Shown: in pieces, positions 24,605 to 35,798 of the stretch
How positions within the stretch are numbered: the stretch's first letter is position 1
Layout of the letters: every line of letters starts with the position of its first letter
DNA from: Rebecca billardiae RCC1528
Taxonomy: Eukaryota > Protista > Haptophyta
Assembly (NCBI GenBank): GCA_965240325.2
Contig: OZ251228.1
Coordinates: 2,914,001-2,978,000, forward strand
Direction of reading: 5' to 3'
Length of the DNA stretch: 64,000 nt
Notes under the pieces: model-generated
Database searches by the model: none
Told to the model about the DNA's origin: nothing
The model's input: only the letters and a program-made list of their open reading frames with translations
Translations under genes and position numbers: made by a program

Positions 24605-27600
24605 GATACGCCACGTGCCGAACCTCGGCCGAGGTCTGGCGCGGCGCCGGACCTCCAGTGCGTGACTGTCAAGCGCACTCAGGCCAAGCACGCTGTAGCC
24701 AATCGAGCTGCCAGCCGATGCAGTAAAGCCCCGGAGCGCGCGCTCGGCCCTCTCTGCCATCTTTGAGCCTAGTGAGCCGATATCGGCGATTTGAGTGCCG
24801 GCCTGACGCGCCGGGCCCGGCGCGCAAGGCCCCGCGCGCCGGACCTCGGCCGACGTCCGGCGGTGGCGCCGGACCTCGAGTGCATGATGGTCGGGCGCGC
24901 TCAGGCTGAGCGCGCTGTAGCCGTTCGAGCTGTCAGCCGGTGTGGTACGGCATCAGGGGACATGCTCGATCCTCTCCGCCCTCGCTGAGCCCGAAGTCAC
25001 GACATCGGCGCTCTGAGCGCCGGGCCCGGCGTGCCAGGTCCGGCGCGCCGGGCCCGGCGCGCCGGACCTCGGCCGAGGTCCGGCGCGGCGCCGGACCTCG
25101 AGTGCATGATGGTCGGGCGCGGTCAGGCTGAGCGCGCTGTAGCTTTTCGAGCTGTCAGCCGGTGTGGTACGGCATCAGTGACACGTGCTCGGTCCTCTCC
25201 GCCCTCGCTGAGCCCGAAGTCACGACATCGGCGCACTGAGCGCCGGGCCCGGCGCGCCAGGTCCGGCGCGCTGGGCCCGGCGCGCCGGACCTCGGCCGAG
25301 GTCCGGCGCGGCGCCGGACCTCGGGTGCATGATGGTCGGGCGCGCTCAGGCTGAGCGCGCTGTAGCCGTTCGAGCTGTCAGCCGGTGTTGTGCGACATCC
25401 GGGGACGTGCTCGGTCCTCTTCGCCCTCGCCGAGCCCGAAGTCACGACATCGGCGCTCTGAGCGCCGGGCCCGGCGTGCCAGCTCCGGCGCGCCGGGCCC
25501 GGCGCGCCGGACCTCGGCCGAGGTCCGGCGCGGCGCCGGACCTCGAGTGCATGATGGTCGGGCGCGCTCAGGCTGAGCGCGCTGTAGCCGTTCGAGCTGT
25601 CAGCCAGTCTGGCACGGCATCAGAGGACGTGCTCGGTCCTCTCCGCCCTCGCTGAGCCCGAAGTCACGACATCGGCGCACTGAGCGCCGGGCCCGGCGCG
25701 CCAGGTCCGGCGCGCCGGGCCCGGCGCGCCGGACCTCGGCCGAGGTCCGGCGCGGCGCCGGACCTCGAGTGCATGATGGTCGGGCGCGCTCAGGCTGAGC
25801 GCGCTGTAGCCATTCGAGCTGTCAGCCGGTGTGGTACGGCATCAGAGGACGTGCTCGGTCCTTTCCGCCCTCGCTGAGCCCGAAGTCACGACATCGGCGC
25901 TCTGAGCGCCGGGCCCGTCGTGCCAGGTCCGGCGCGCCGGCCCCGGCGCGCCGGACCTCGGCCGAGGTCCGGCGCGGCGCCGGACCTCGGGTGCATGATG
26001 GTCGGGCGCGCTCAGGCTGAGCGCGCTGTAGCCGTTCGAGCTGTCAGCTGATCTGGCACGGCATCAGGGGACGTGCTCGGTCCTCTCCGCCCTCGCTGAG
26101 CCCGAAGTCACGACATCGGCGCTCTGAGCGCCAGGCCCGTCGTGCCAGGTCCGGCGCGCCGGGCCCGGCGCGCCGGACCTCGGCCGAGGTCCGGCGCGGC
26201 GCCGGACCTCGAGTGCATGATGGTCGGGCGTGCTCAGGCTGAGCGCGCTGTAGCTTTTCGAGCTGTCATTCGGTGTGGTACGGCATCAGGGGACGTGCTC
26301 GGTCCTCTCCGCCCTCGCTGAGCCCGAAGTCACGACATCGGCGCTCTGAGCGCCGGTCCCGGCGTGCCAGGTCCGGCGCGCCGGGCCCGGCGCGCCGGAC
26401 CTCGGCCGAGGTCCGGCGCGGCGCCGGACCTCGAGTGCATGATGGTCGGGCGCGCTCAGGCTGAGCGCGCTGTAGCCGTTCGAGCTGTCAGCCAGTCTGG
26501 CACGGCATCAGAGGACGTGCTCGGTCCTCTCCGCCCTCGCTGAGCCCGAAGTCACGACATCGGCGCACTGAGCGCCGGGCCCGGCGCGCCAGGTCCGGCG
26601 CGCCGGGCCCGGCGCGCCGGACCTCGGCCGAGGTCCGGCGCGGCGCCGGACCTCGAGTGCATGATGGTCGGGCGCGCTCAGGCTGAGCGCGCTGTAGCCA
26701 TTCGAGCTGTCAGCCGGTGTGGTACGGCATCAGAGGACGTGCTCGGTCCTTTCCGCCCTCGCTGAGCCCGAAGTCACGACATCGGCGCTCTGAGCGCCGG
26801 GCCCGTCGTGCCAGGTCCGGCGCGCCGGCCCCGGCGCGCCGGACCTCGGCCGAGGTCCGGCGCGGCGCCGGACCTCGGGTGCATGATGGTCGGGCGCGCT
26901 CAGGCTGAGCGCGCTGTAGCCGTTCGAGCTGTCAGCTGATCTGGCACTGCATCAGGGGACGTGCTCGGTCCTCTCCGCCCTCGCTGACCCCGAAGTCACG
27001 ACATCGGCGCTCTGAGCGCCAGGCCCGTCGTGCCAGGTCCGGCGCGCCGGGCCCGGCGCGCCGGACCTCGGCCGAGGTCCGGCGCGGCGCCGGACCTCGA
27101 GTGCATGATGGTCGGGCGTGCTCAGGCTGAGCGCGCTGTAGCTTTTCGAGCTGTCATTCGGTGTGGTACGGCATCAGGGGACGTGCTCGGTCCTCTCCGC
27201 CCTCGCTGAGCCCGAAGTCACGACATCGGCGCTCTGAGCGCCGGGCCCGGCGTGCCAGGTCCGGCGCGCTGGGCCCGGCGCGCCGGACCTCGGCCGAGGT
27301 CCGGCGCGGCGCCGGACCTCGAGTGCATGATGGTCGTACGCGCTCAGGCTGAGCGCGCTGTAGCCGTTCGAGCTGTCAGCCGGTGTGGTACGGCATCAGG
27401 GGACGTGCTCGGTCCTCTTCGCCCTCGCTGAGCCCGAAGTCACGACATCGGCGCTCTGAGCGCCAGGCCCGGCGTGCCAGGTCCGGCGCGCCGGGCCCGG
27501 CGCGCCGGACCTCGGCCGAGGTCCGGCGCGGCGCCGGACCTCGAGTGCATGATGGTCGGGCGTGCTCAGGCTGAGCGCGCTGTAGCTTTTCGAGCTGTCA

Positions 27601-30600
27601 TTCGGTGTGGTACGGCATCAGGGGACGTGCTCGGTCCTCTCCGCCCTCGCCGAGCCCGAAGTCACGACATCGGCGCTCTGAGCGCCGGGCCCGGCGTGCC
27701 AGGTCCGGCGCGCCGGGCCCGGCGCGCCGGACCTCGGCCGAGGTCCGGCGCGGCGCCGGACCTCGAGTGCATGATGGTCGGGCGCGCTCAGGCTGAGCGC
27801 GCTGTAGCCGTTCGAGCTGTCAGCTGATCTTGCACGGCATCAGAGGACGTGCTCGGTCCTCTCCGCCCTCGCTGAGCCCGAAGTCACGACATCGGCGCTC
27901 TGAGCGCCGGGCCCGGCGTGCCAGGTCCGGCGCGCCGGGCCCGGCGCGCCGGACCTCGGCCGAGGTCCGGCGCGGCGCCGGACCTCGAGTGCATGATGGT
28001 CGGGCGCGCTCAGGCTGAGCGCGCTGTAGCCGTTCGAGCTGTCAGCCGGTGTGGTACGGCATCAGTGACACGTGCTCGGTCCTCTCCGCCCTCGCTGAGC
28101 CCGAAGTCACGACATCGGCGCTCTGAGCGCCGGGCCCGGCGTGCCAGGTCCGGCGCGCCGGGCCCGGCGCGCCGGACCTCGGCCGAGGTCCGGCGCGGCG
28201 CCGGACCTCGAGTGCATGATGGTCGGGCGCGCTCAGGCTGAGCGCGCTGTAGCCGTTCGAGCTGTCAGCCGGTGTGGTACGGCATCAGAGGACGTGCTCG
28301 GTTTTCTTCGCCCTCGCCGAGCCCGAAGTCACGACATCGGCGCTCTGAGCGCCGGGCCCGGCGTGCCAGGTCCGGCGCGCCGGGCCCGGCGCGCCGGACC
28401 TCGGCCGAGGTCCGGCGCGGCGCCGGACCTCGAGTGCATGATGGTCGGGCGCGCTCAGGCTGAGCGCGCTGTAGCCGTTCGAGCTGTCAGCCGGTGTGGT
28501 ACGGCATCAGAGGACGTGCTCGGTCCTCTCCGCCCTCGCCGAGCCCGAAGTCACGACATCGGCGCTCTGAGCGCCGGGCCCGGCGTGCCAGGTCCGGCGC
28601 GCCGGGCCCGGCGCGCCGGACCTCGGCCGAGGTCCGGCGCGGCGCCGGACCTCGAGTGCATGATGGTCGGGCGCGCTCAGGCTGAGCGCGCTGTAGCCGT
28701 TCGAGCTGTCAGCTGATCTTGCACGGCATCAGAGGACGTGCTCGGTCCTCTCCGCCCTCGCTGAGCCCGAAGTCACGACATCGGCGCTCTGAGCGCCGGG
28801 CCCGGCGTGCCAGGTCCGGCGCGCCGGGCCCGGCGCGGCGGACCTCGGCCGAGGTCCGGCGCGGCGCCGGACCTCGAGTGCATGATGGTCGGGCGCGCTC
28901 AGGCTGAGCGCGCTGTAGCCGTTCGAGCTGTCAGCCGGTGTGGTACGGCATCAGTGACACGTGCTCGGTCCTCTCCGCCCTCGCTGAGCCCGAAGTCACG
29001 ACATCGGCGCTCTGAGCGCCGGGCCCGGCGTGCCAGGTCCGGCGCGCCGGGCCCGGCGCGCCGGACCTCGGCCGAGGTCCGGCGCGGCGCCGGACCTCGA
29101 GTGCATGATGGTCGGGCGCGCTCAGGCTGAGCGCGCTGTAGCCGTTCGAGCTGTCAGCCGGTGTGGTACGGCATCAGAGGACGTGCTCGGTTTTCTTCGC
29201 CCTCGCCGAGCCCGAAGTCACGACATCGGCGCTCTGAGCGCCGGGCCCGGCGTGCCAGGTCCGGCGCGCCGGGCCCGGCGCGCCGGACCTCGGCCGAGGT
29301 CCGGCGCGGCGCCGGACCTCGAGTGCATGATGGTCGGGCGCGCTCAGGCTGAGCGCGCTGTAGCCGTTCGAGCTGTCAGCCGGTGTGGTACGGCATCAGA
29401 GGACGTGCTCGGTCCTCTCCGCCCTCGCCGAGCCCGAAGTCACGACATCGGCGCTCTGAGCGCCGGGCCCGGCGTGCCAGGTCCGGCGCGCCGGGCCCGG
29501 CGCGCCGGACCTCGGCCGAGGTCCGGCGCGGCGCCGGACCTCGAGTGCATGATGGTCGGGCGCGCTCAGGCTGAGCGCGCTGTAGCCGTTCGAGCTGTCA
29601 GCTGATCTTGCACGGCATCAGAGGACGTGCTCGGTCCTCTCCGCCCTCGCTGAGCCCGAAGTCACGACATCGGCGCTCTGAGCGCCGGGCCCGGCGTGCC
29701 AGGTCCGGCGCGCCGGGCCCGGCGCGGCGGACCTCGGCCGAGGTCCGGCGCGGCGCCGGACCTCGAGTGCATGATGGTCGGGCGCGCTCAGGCTGAGCGC
29801 GCTGTAGCCGTTCGAGCTGTCAGCCGGTGTGGTACGGCATCAGTGACACGTGCTCGGTCCTCTCCGCCCTCGCTGAGCCCGAAGTCACGACATCGGCGCT
29901 CTGAGCGCCGGGCCCGGCGTGCCAGGTCCGGCGCGCCGGGCCCGGCGCGCCGGACCTCGGCCGAGGTCCGGCGCGGCGCCGGACCTCGAGTGCATGATGG
30001 TCGGGCGCGCTCAGGCTGAGCGCGCTGTAGCCGTTCGAGCTGTCAGCCGGTGTGGTACGGCATCAGAGGACGTGCTCGGTTTTCTTCGCCCTCGCCGAGC
30101 CCGAAGTCACGACATCGGCGCTCTGAGCGCCGGGCCCGGCGTGCCAGGTCCGGCGCGCCGGGCCCGGCGCGGCGTACCTCGGCCGAGGTCCGGCGCGGCG
30201 CCGGACCTCGAGTGCATGATGGTCGGGCGCGCTCAGGCTGAGCGCGCTGTAGCCGTTCGAGCTGTCAGCCGGTGTGGTACGGCATCAGAGGACGTGCTCG
30301 GTTTTCTTCGCCCTCGCCGAGCCCGAAGTCACGACATCGGCGCTCTGAGCGCCGGGCCCGGCGTGCCAGGTCCGGCGCGCCGGGCCCGGCGCGCCGGACC
30401 TCGGCCGAGGTCCGGCGCGGCGCCGGACCTCGAGTGCATGATGGTCGGGCGCGCTCAGGCTGAGCGCGCTGTAGCCGTTCGAGCTGTCAGCCGGTGTGGT
30501 ACGGCATCAGAGGACGTGCTCGGTCCTCTCCGCCCTCGCCGAGCCCGAAGTCACGACATCGGCGCTCTGAGCGCCGGGCCCGGCGTGCCAGGTCCGGCGC

Positions 30601-33600
30601 GCCGGGCCCGGCGCGCCGGACCTCGGCCGAGGTCCGGCGCGGCGCCCGACCTCGAGTGCATGATGGTCGGGCGCGCTCAGGCTGAGCGCGCTGTAGCCGT
30701 TCGAGCTGTCAGCCAGTCTGGCACGGCATCGGGGAACGTGCTCGGTCCTCTCCGCCCTCGCTGAGCCCGAAGTCACGACATCGGCGCTCTGAGCGCCAGG
30801 CCCGGCGTGCCAGGTCCGGCGCGCCGGGCCCGGCGCGCCGGACCTCGGCCGAGGTCCGGCGCGGCGCCGGACCTCGAGTGCATGATGGTCGGGCGCGCTC
30901 AGGCTGAGCGCGCTGTAGCCGTTCGAGCTGTCAGCCAGTCTGGCACGGCATCAGAGGACGTGCTCGGTCCTCTCCGCCCTCGCTGAGCCCAAAGTCACGA
31001 CAGCATCGGCGCTCTGAGTGCCAGGCCCGCCGCGCCGGACCTCGGCCGAGGTCCGGCGCGGCGCCGGACCTCGAGTGCATGATGGTTGGGCGCGCTCAGG
31101 CTGAGCGCGCTGTAGCTGTTCGAGCTGTCAGCCGGTGTGGTACGGCATCAGAGGACGTGCTCGGTCCTCTCCGCCCTCGCTGAGCCCAAAGTCACGACAT
31201 CGGCGCTCTGAGTGCCAGGCCCGCCGCGCCGGACCTTCACCTCGGCCGAGGTCCGGCGCGGCGCCGGACCTCGAGTGCATGATGGTTGGGCGCGCTCAGG
31301 CTGAGCGCGCTGTAGCCGTTCGAGCTGTCAGCCAGTCTGGCACGGCATCAGAGGACGTGCTCGGTCCTCTCCGCCCTCGCTGAGCCCGAAGTCACGACAT
31401 CGGCGCTCTGAGCGCCAGGCCCGGCGTGCCAGGTCCGGCGCGCCGGGCCCGGCGCGCCGGACCTCGGCCGAGGTCCGGCGCCGGCGCGGCGCCCGACCTC
31501 GAGTGCATGATGGTCGGGCACGCTCAGGCTGAGCGCGCTGTAGCCGTTCGAGCTGTCAGCCGGTGTCGTACGGCATCAGGGCGCGTGCTCGGTCCTCTCC
31601 GCCCTCGCTGAGCGCGAAGTCACGACATCGGCGCTCTGAGCGCCAGGCCCGGCGTGCCAGGTCCGGCGCGCCGGGCCCGGCGCGCCGGACCTCGGCCGAG
31701 GTCCGGCGCGGCGCCGGACCTCGAGTGCATGATGGTCGGGCGCGCTCAGGATGAGCGCGCTGTAGCCGTTCGAGCTGTCAGCCGGTGTGGTACGGCATCA
31801 CTGGACGTGCTCGGTCCTCTCCGCCCTCGCTGAGCCCGAAGTCACGACATCGGCGCTCTGAGCGCCAGGCCTGGCGTGCCAGGTCCGGCGCGCCGGGCCC
31901 GGCGCGCCGGACCTCGGCCGAGGTCCGGCGCGGCGCCGGACCTCGAGTGCATGATGGTCGGGCGCGGTCAGGCTGAGCACGCTGTAGCCGTTCGAGCTGT
32001 CAGCTGATCTGGCACGGCATCAGAGGACGTGCTCGGTCCTCTCCGCCACCGCTGAGCCCAAAGTCACGACATCGGCGCTCTGAGTGCCAGGCCCGCCGCG
32101 CCGGACCTTCACCTCGGCCGAGGTCCGGCGCGGCGCCGGACCTCGAGTGCATGATGGTCGGGCGCGGTCAGGCTGAGTGCGCTGTAGCCGTTCGAGCTGT
32201 CAGCTGATCTGGCACGGCATCAGAGGACGTGCTCGGTCCTCTCCGCCACCGCTGAGCCCAAAGTCACGACATCGGCGCTCTGAGTGCCAGGCCCGCCGCG
32301 CCGGACCTTCACCTCGGCCGAGGTCCGGCGCGGCGCCGGACCTCGAGTGCATGATGGTTGGGCGCGCTCAGGCTGAGCGCGCTGTAGCCGTTCGAGCTGT
32401 CAGCCAGTCTGGCACGGCATCAGAGGACGTGCTCGGTCCTCTCCGCCCTCGCTGAGCCCGAAGTCACGACATCGGCGCTCTGAGCGCCAGGCCCGGCGTG
32501 CCAGGTCCGGCGCGCCGGGCCCGGCGCGCCGGACCTCGGCCGAGGTCCGGCGCCGGCGCGGCGCCCGACCTCGAGTGCATGATGGTCGGGCACGCTCAGG
32601 CTGAGCGCGCTGTAGCCGTTCGAGCTGTCAGCCGGTGTCGTACGGCATCAGGGCACGTGCTCGGTCCTCTCCGCCCTCGCTGAGCCCGAAGTCACGACAT
32701 CGGCGCTCTGAGCGCCAGGCCCGGCGTGCCAGGTCCGGCGCGCCGGGCCCGGCGCGCCGGACCTCGGCCGAGGTCCGGCGCGGCGCCGGACCTCGAGTGC
32801 ATGATGGTCGGGCGCGCTCAGGATGAGCGCGCTGTAGCCGTTCGAGCTGTCAGCCGGTGTGGTACGGCATCACTGGACGTGCTCGGTCCTCTCCGCCCTC
32901 GCTGAGCCCGAAGTCACGACATCGGCGCTCTGAGCGCCAGGCCTGGCGTGCCAGGTCCGGCGCGCCGGGCCCGGCGCGCCGGACCTCGGCCGAGGTCCGG
33001 CGCGGCGCCGGACCTCGAGTGCATGATGGTCGGGCGCGCTCAGGCTGAGCGCGCTGTAGCCGTTCGAGCTGTCATCCGGTGTTGTACGACATCCGGGGAC
33101 GTGCTCGGTCCTCTCCGCCCTCGCTGAGCCCGAAGTCACGACATCGGCGCTTTGAGTGCCAGGCCCGGCGCGTCGGACCTCGGCCGAGGTCCGGCGCGGC
33201 GCCGGACCTCGATCGAGTGCATTATGATGGTCGGGCGCGCTCAGGCTGAGCGCGCTGTAGCCGTTCGAGCTGTCATCCGGTGTTGTACGACATCCGGGGA
33301 CGTGCTCGGTCCTCTCCGCCCTCGCTGAGCCCGAAGTCACGACATCGGCGCTTTGAGTGCCAGGCCCGGCGCGTCGGACCTCGGCCGAGGTCCGGCGCGG
33401 CGCCGGACCTCGATCGAGTGCATTATGATGGTCGGGCGCGCTCAGGCTGAGCGCGCTGTAGCCGTTCGAGCTGTTAGCCGGTGTGGTACGACATCCGGGG
33501 ACGTGCTCGGTCCTCTCCGCCCTCGCTGAGCCCGAAGTCACGACATCGGCGCTTTGAGTGCCAGGCCCGGCGCGCCGGACCTCGGCCGAGGTCCGGCGCG

Positions 33601-35584
33601 GCGCCGGACCTCGAGTGCATGATGGTCGGGCGCGCTCAGGCTGAGCGCGCTGTAGCCGTTCGAGCTGTTATCCGGTGTTGTACGACATCCGGGGACGTGC
33701 TCGGTCCTCTCCGCCCTCGCTGAGCCCGAAGTCACGACATCGGCGCTTTGAGTGCCAGGCCCGGCGCGTCGGACCTCGGCCGAGGTCCGGCGCGGCGCCG
33801 GACCTCGAGTGCATGATGGTCGGGCGTGCTCAGGCTGAGCGCGCTGTAGCCGTTCGAGCTGTTAGCCGGTGTGGTACGGCATCAGAGCACGTGCTCGGTC
33901 CTCTCCGCCCTCGCTGAGCCCGAAGTCACGACATCGGCGCTCTGAGCGCCGGGCCCGGCGTGCCAGGTCCGGCGCGCCGGGCCCGGCGCGCCGGACCTCG
34001 GCCGAGGTCCGGCGCGGCGCCCGACCTCGAGTGCATGATGGTCGGGCGCGCTCAGGCTGAGCGCGCTGTAGCCGTTCGAGCTGTCAGCTGATCTTGCACG
34101 GCATCGGGGAACGTGCTCGGTCCTCTCCGCCCTCGCTGAGCCCGAAGTCACGACATCGGCGCTCTGAGCGCCAGGCCCGGCGTGCCAGGTCCGGCGCGCC
34201 GGGCCCGGCGCGCCGGACCTCGGCCGAGGTCCGGCGCGGCGCCGGACCTCGAGTGCATGATGGTCGGGCGCGCTCAGGCTGAGCGCGCTGTAGCCGTTCG
34301 AGCTGTCAGCCAGTCTGGCACGGCATCAGAGGACGTGCTCGGTCCTCTCGGCCACCGCTGAGCCCGAAGTCACGACATCGGCGCTCTGAGCGCCGGGCCC
34401 GGCGTGCCAGGTCCGGCGCGCCGGGCCCGGCGCGCCGGACCTCGGCCGAGGTCCGGCGCGGCGCCCGACCTCGAGTGCATGATGGTCGGGCGCGCTCAGG
34501 CTGAGCGCGCTGTAGCCGTTCGAGCTGTCAGCCGGTGTGGTACGGCATCAGTGACACGTGCTCGGTCCTCTCCGCTCTCGCTGAGCCCAAAGTCACGACA
34601 TCGGCGCTCTGAGCGCCGGGCCCGGCGTGCCAGGTCCGGCGCGCCGGGCCCGGCGCGCCGGACCTCGGCCGAGGTCCGGCGCGGCGCCGGACCTCGAGTG
34701 CATGATGGTCGGGCGCGCTCAGGCTGAGCGCGCTGTAGCCGTTCGAGCTGTCAGCCAGTCTGGCACGGCATCAGAGGACGTGCTCGGTCCTCTCGGCCAC
34801 CGCTGAGCCCGAAGTCACGACATCGGCGCTCTGAGCGCCGGGCCCGGCGTGCCAGGTCCGGCGCGCTGGGCCCGGCGCGCCGGACCTCGGCCGAGGTCCG
34901 GCGCGGTGCCGGACCTCGAGTGCATGATGGTCGGGCGCGCTCAGGCTGAGCGCGCTGTAGCCGTTCGAGCTGTCAGCCGGTGTGGTACGGCATCAGTGAC
35001 ACGTGCTCGGTCCTCTCCGCCCTCGCTGAGCCCGAAGTCACGACATCGGCGCTCTGAGCGCCAGGCCCGGCGTGCCAGGTCCGGCGCGCTGGGCCCGGCG
35101 CGCCGGACCTCGGCCGAGGTCCGGCGCGGCGCCGGACCTCGAGTGCATGATGGCCGGGCGCGCTCAGGCTGAGCGCGCTCTAGCCGTTCGAGCTGTCAGC
35201 CAATCTGGCACGGCATCAGAGGACGTGCTCGGTCCTCTCCGCCACCGCTGAGCCCGAAGTCACGACATCGGCGCTCTGAGCGCCAGGCCCGGCGTGCCAG
35301 GTCCGGCGCGCCGGGCCCGGCGCGCCGGACCTCGGCCGAGGTCCGGCGCGGCGCCGGACCTCGAGTGCATGATGGTCGGGCGCGCTCAGGCTGAGCGCGC
35401 TGTAGCCGTTCGAGCTGTCAGCCAGTCTGGCACGGCATCAGAGGACGTGCTCGGTCCTCTCCGCCCTCGCTGAGCCCGAAGTCACGACATCGGCGCTCTC
35501 AGCGCCGGGCCCGGCGTGCTCGAGGTCCGGCGCGCCGGGCCCAGCGCACCACTCACCAGGACCTCGGCCGAGGTCCGGCGCGGG
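24605..35584. repeat. Satellite array B: head-to-tail 222-bp monomers (variants 223, 228, ~200, 194 bp), about 50 copies, degenerate at both ends
   Basis: GCTGAGCCCGAAGTCACGACATCGGCGCTCTGAGCGCC...CCGGACCTCGGCCGAGGTCCGG...CTCGAGTGCATGATGGTCGGG recurs at 222-bp spacing (e.g. ORFs 27161, 27383, 27605). Confidence 0.98.
27625..30170. repeat. 889-bp higher-order repeat in Sat-B (3x222 + 1x223), about 2.9 copies
   Basis: The variant series (GCTGATCTTG, CAGTGACACGTG, GGTTTTCTTCG) recurs at 889 bp. ORF series 27830/28719/29608 and 28272/29161/30050 show the same period. Confidence 0.9.
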
Positions 35585-35798
35585 ACCCCCTACTATTATA
35601 TTGTATGCCATCAATATAACACCACATATATGCGCGCGCCGTGCGTGCGCGCGTCTCGCGAGCGCGCGGTCGTCATCGTCTGCCGGGGCCCTAAGACCGC
35701 GCGAAGTGATATGGGCCGGCGCATCCGCACTCCGCAGAGCCCGCCCAGGCTCACTGCTGGCGGCCGCCGCGCGGCCCGGCTGCGCGCGCGCTGCGCCG

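Noticed and set aside
1-35584. Hundreds of overlapping ORFs (up to ~580 aa) in the satellite arrays
   Set aside because: They occur in all frames on both strands and shift frame with 14-bp indels. Their Arg/Ala/Pro/Gly composition is what stop-poor high-GC repeats produce.
1-35584. Hammerhead-ribozyme satellite or retrozyme
   Set aside because: I could not find the CUGANGA...GAAA core on either strand of either consensus (nearest: CTGAGCCGA, CTGAATGA, CTGATGC). An Infernal/Rfam scan would be decisive for other ribozyme classes.
1-35584. 5S rDNA, tRNA or snRNA tandem array
   Set aside because: No recognisable 5S/tRNA A/B/C boxes, Sm site or oligo-T Pol III terminators in either monomer.
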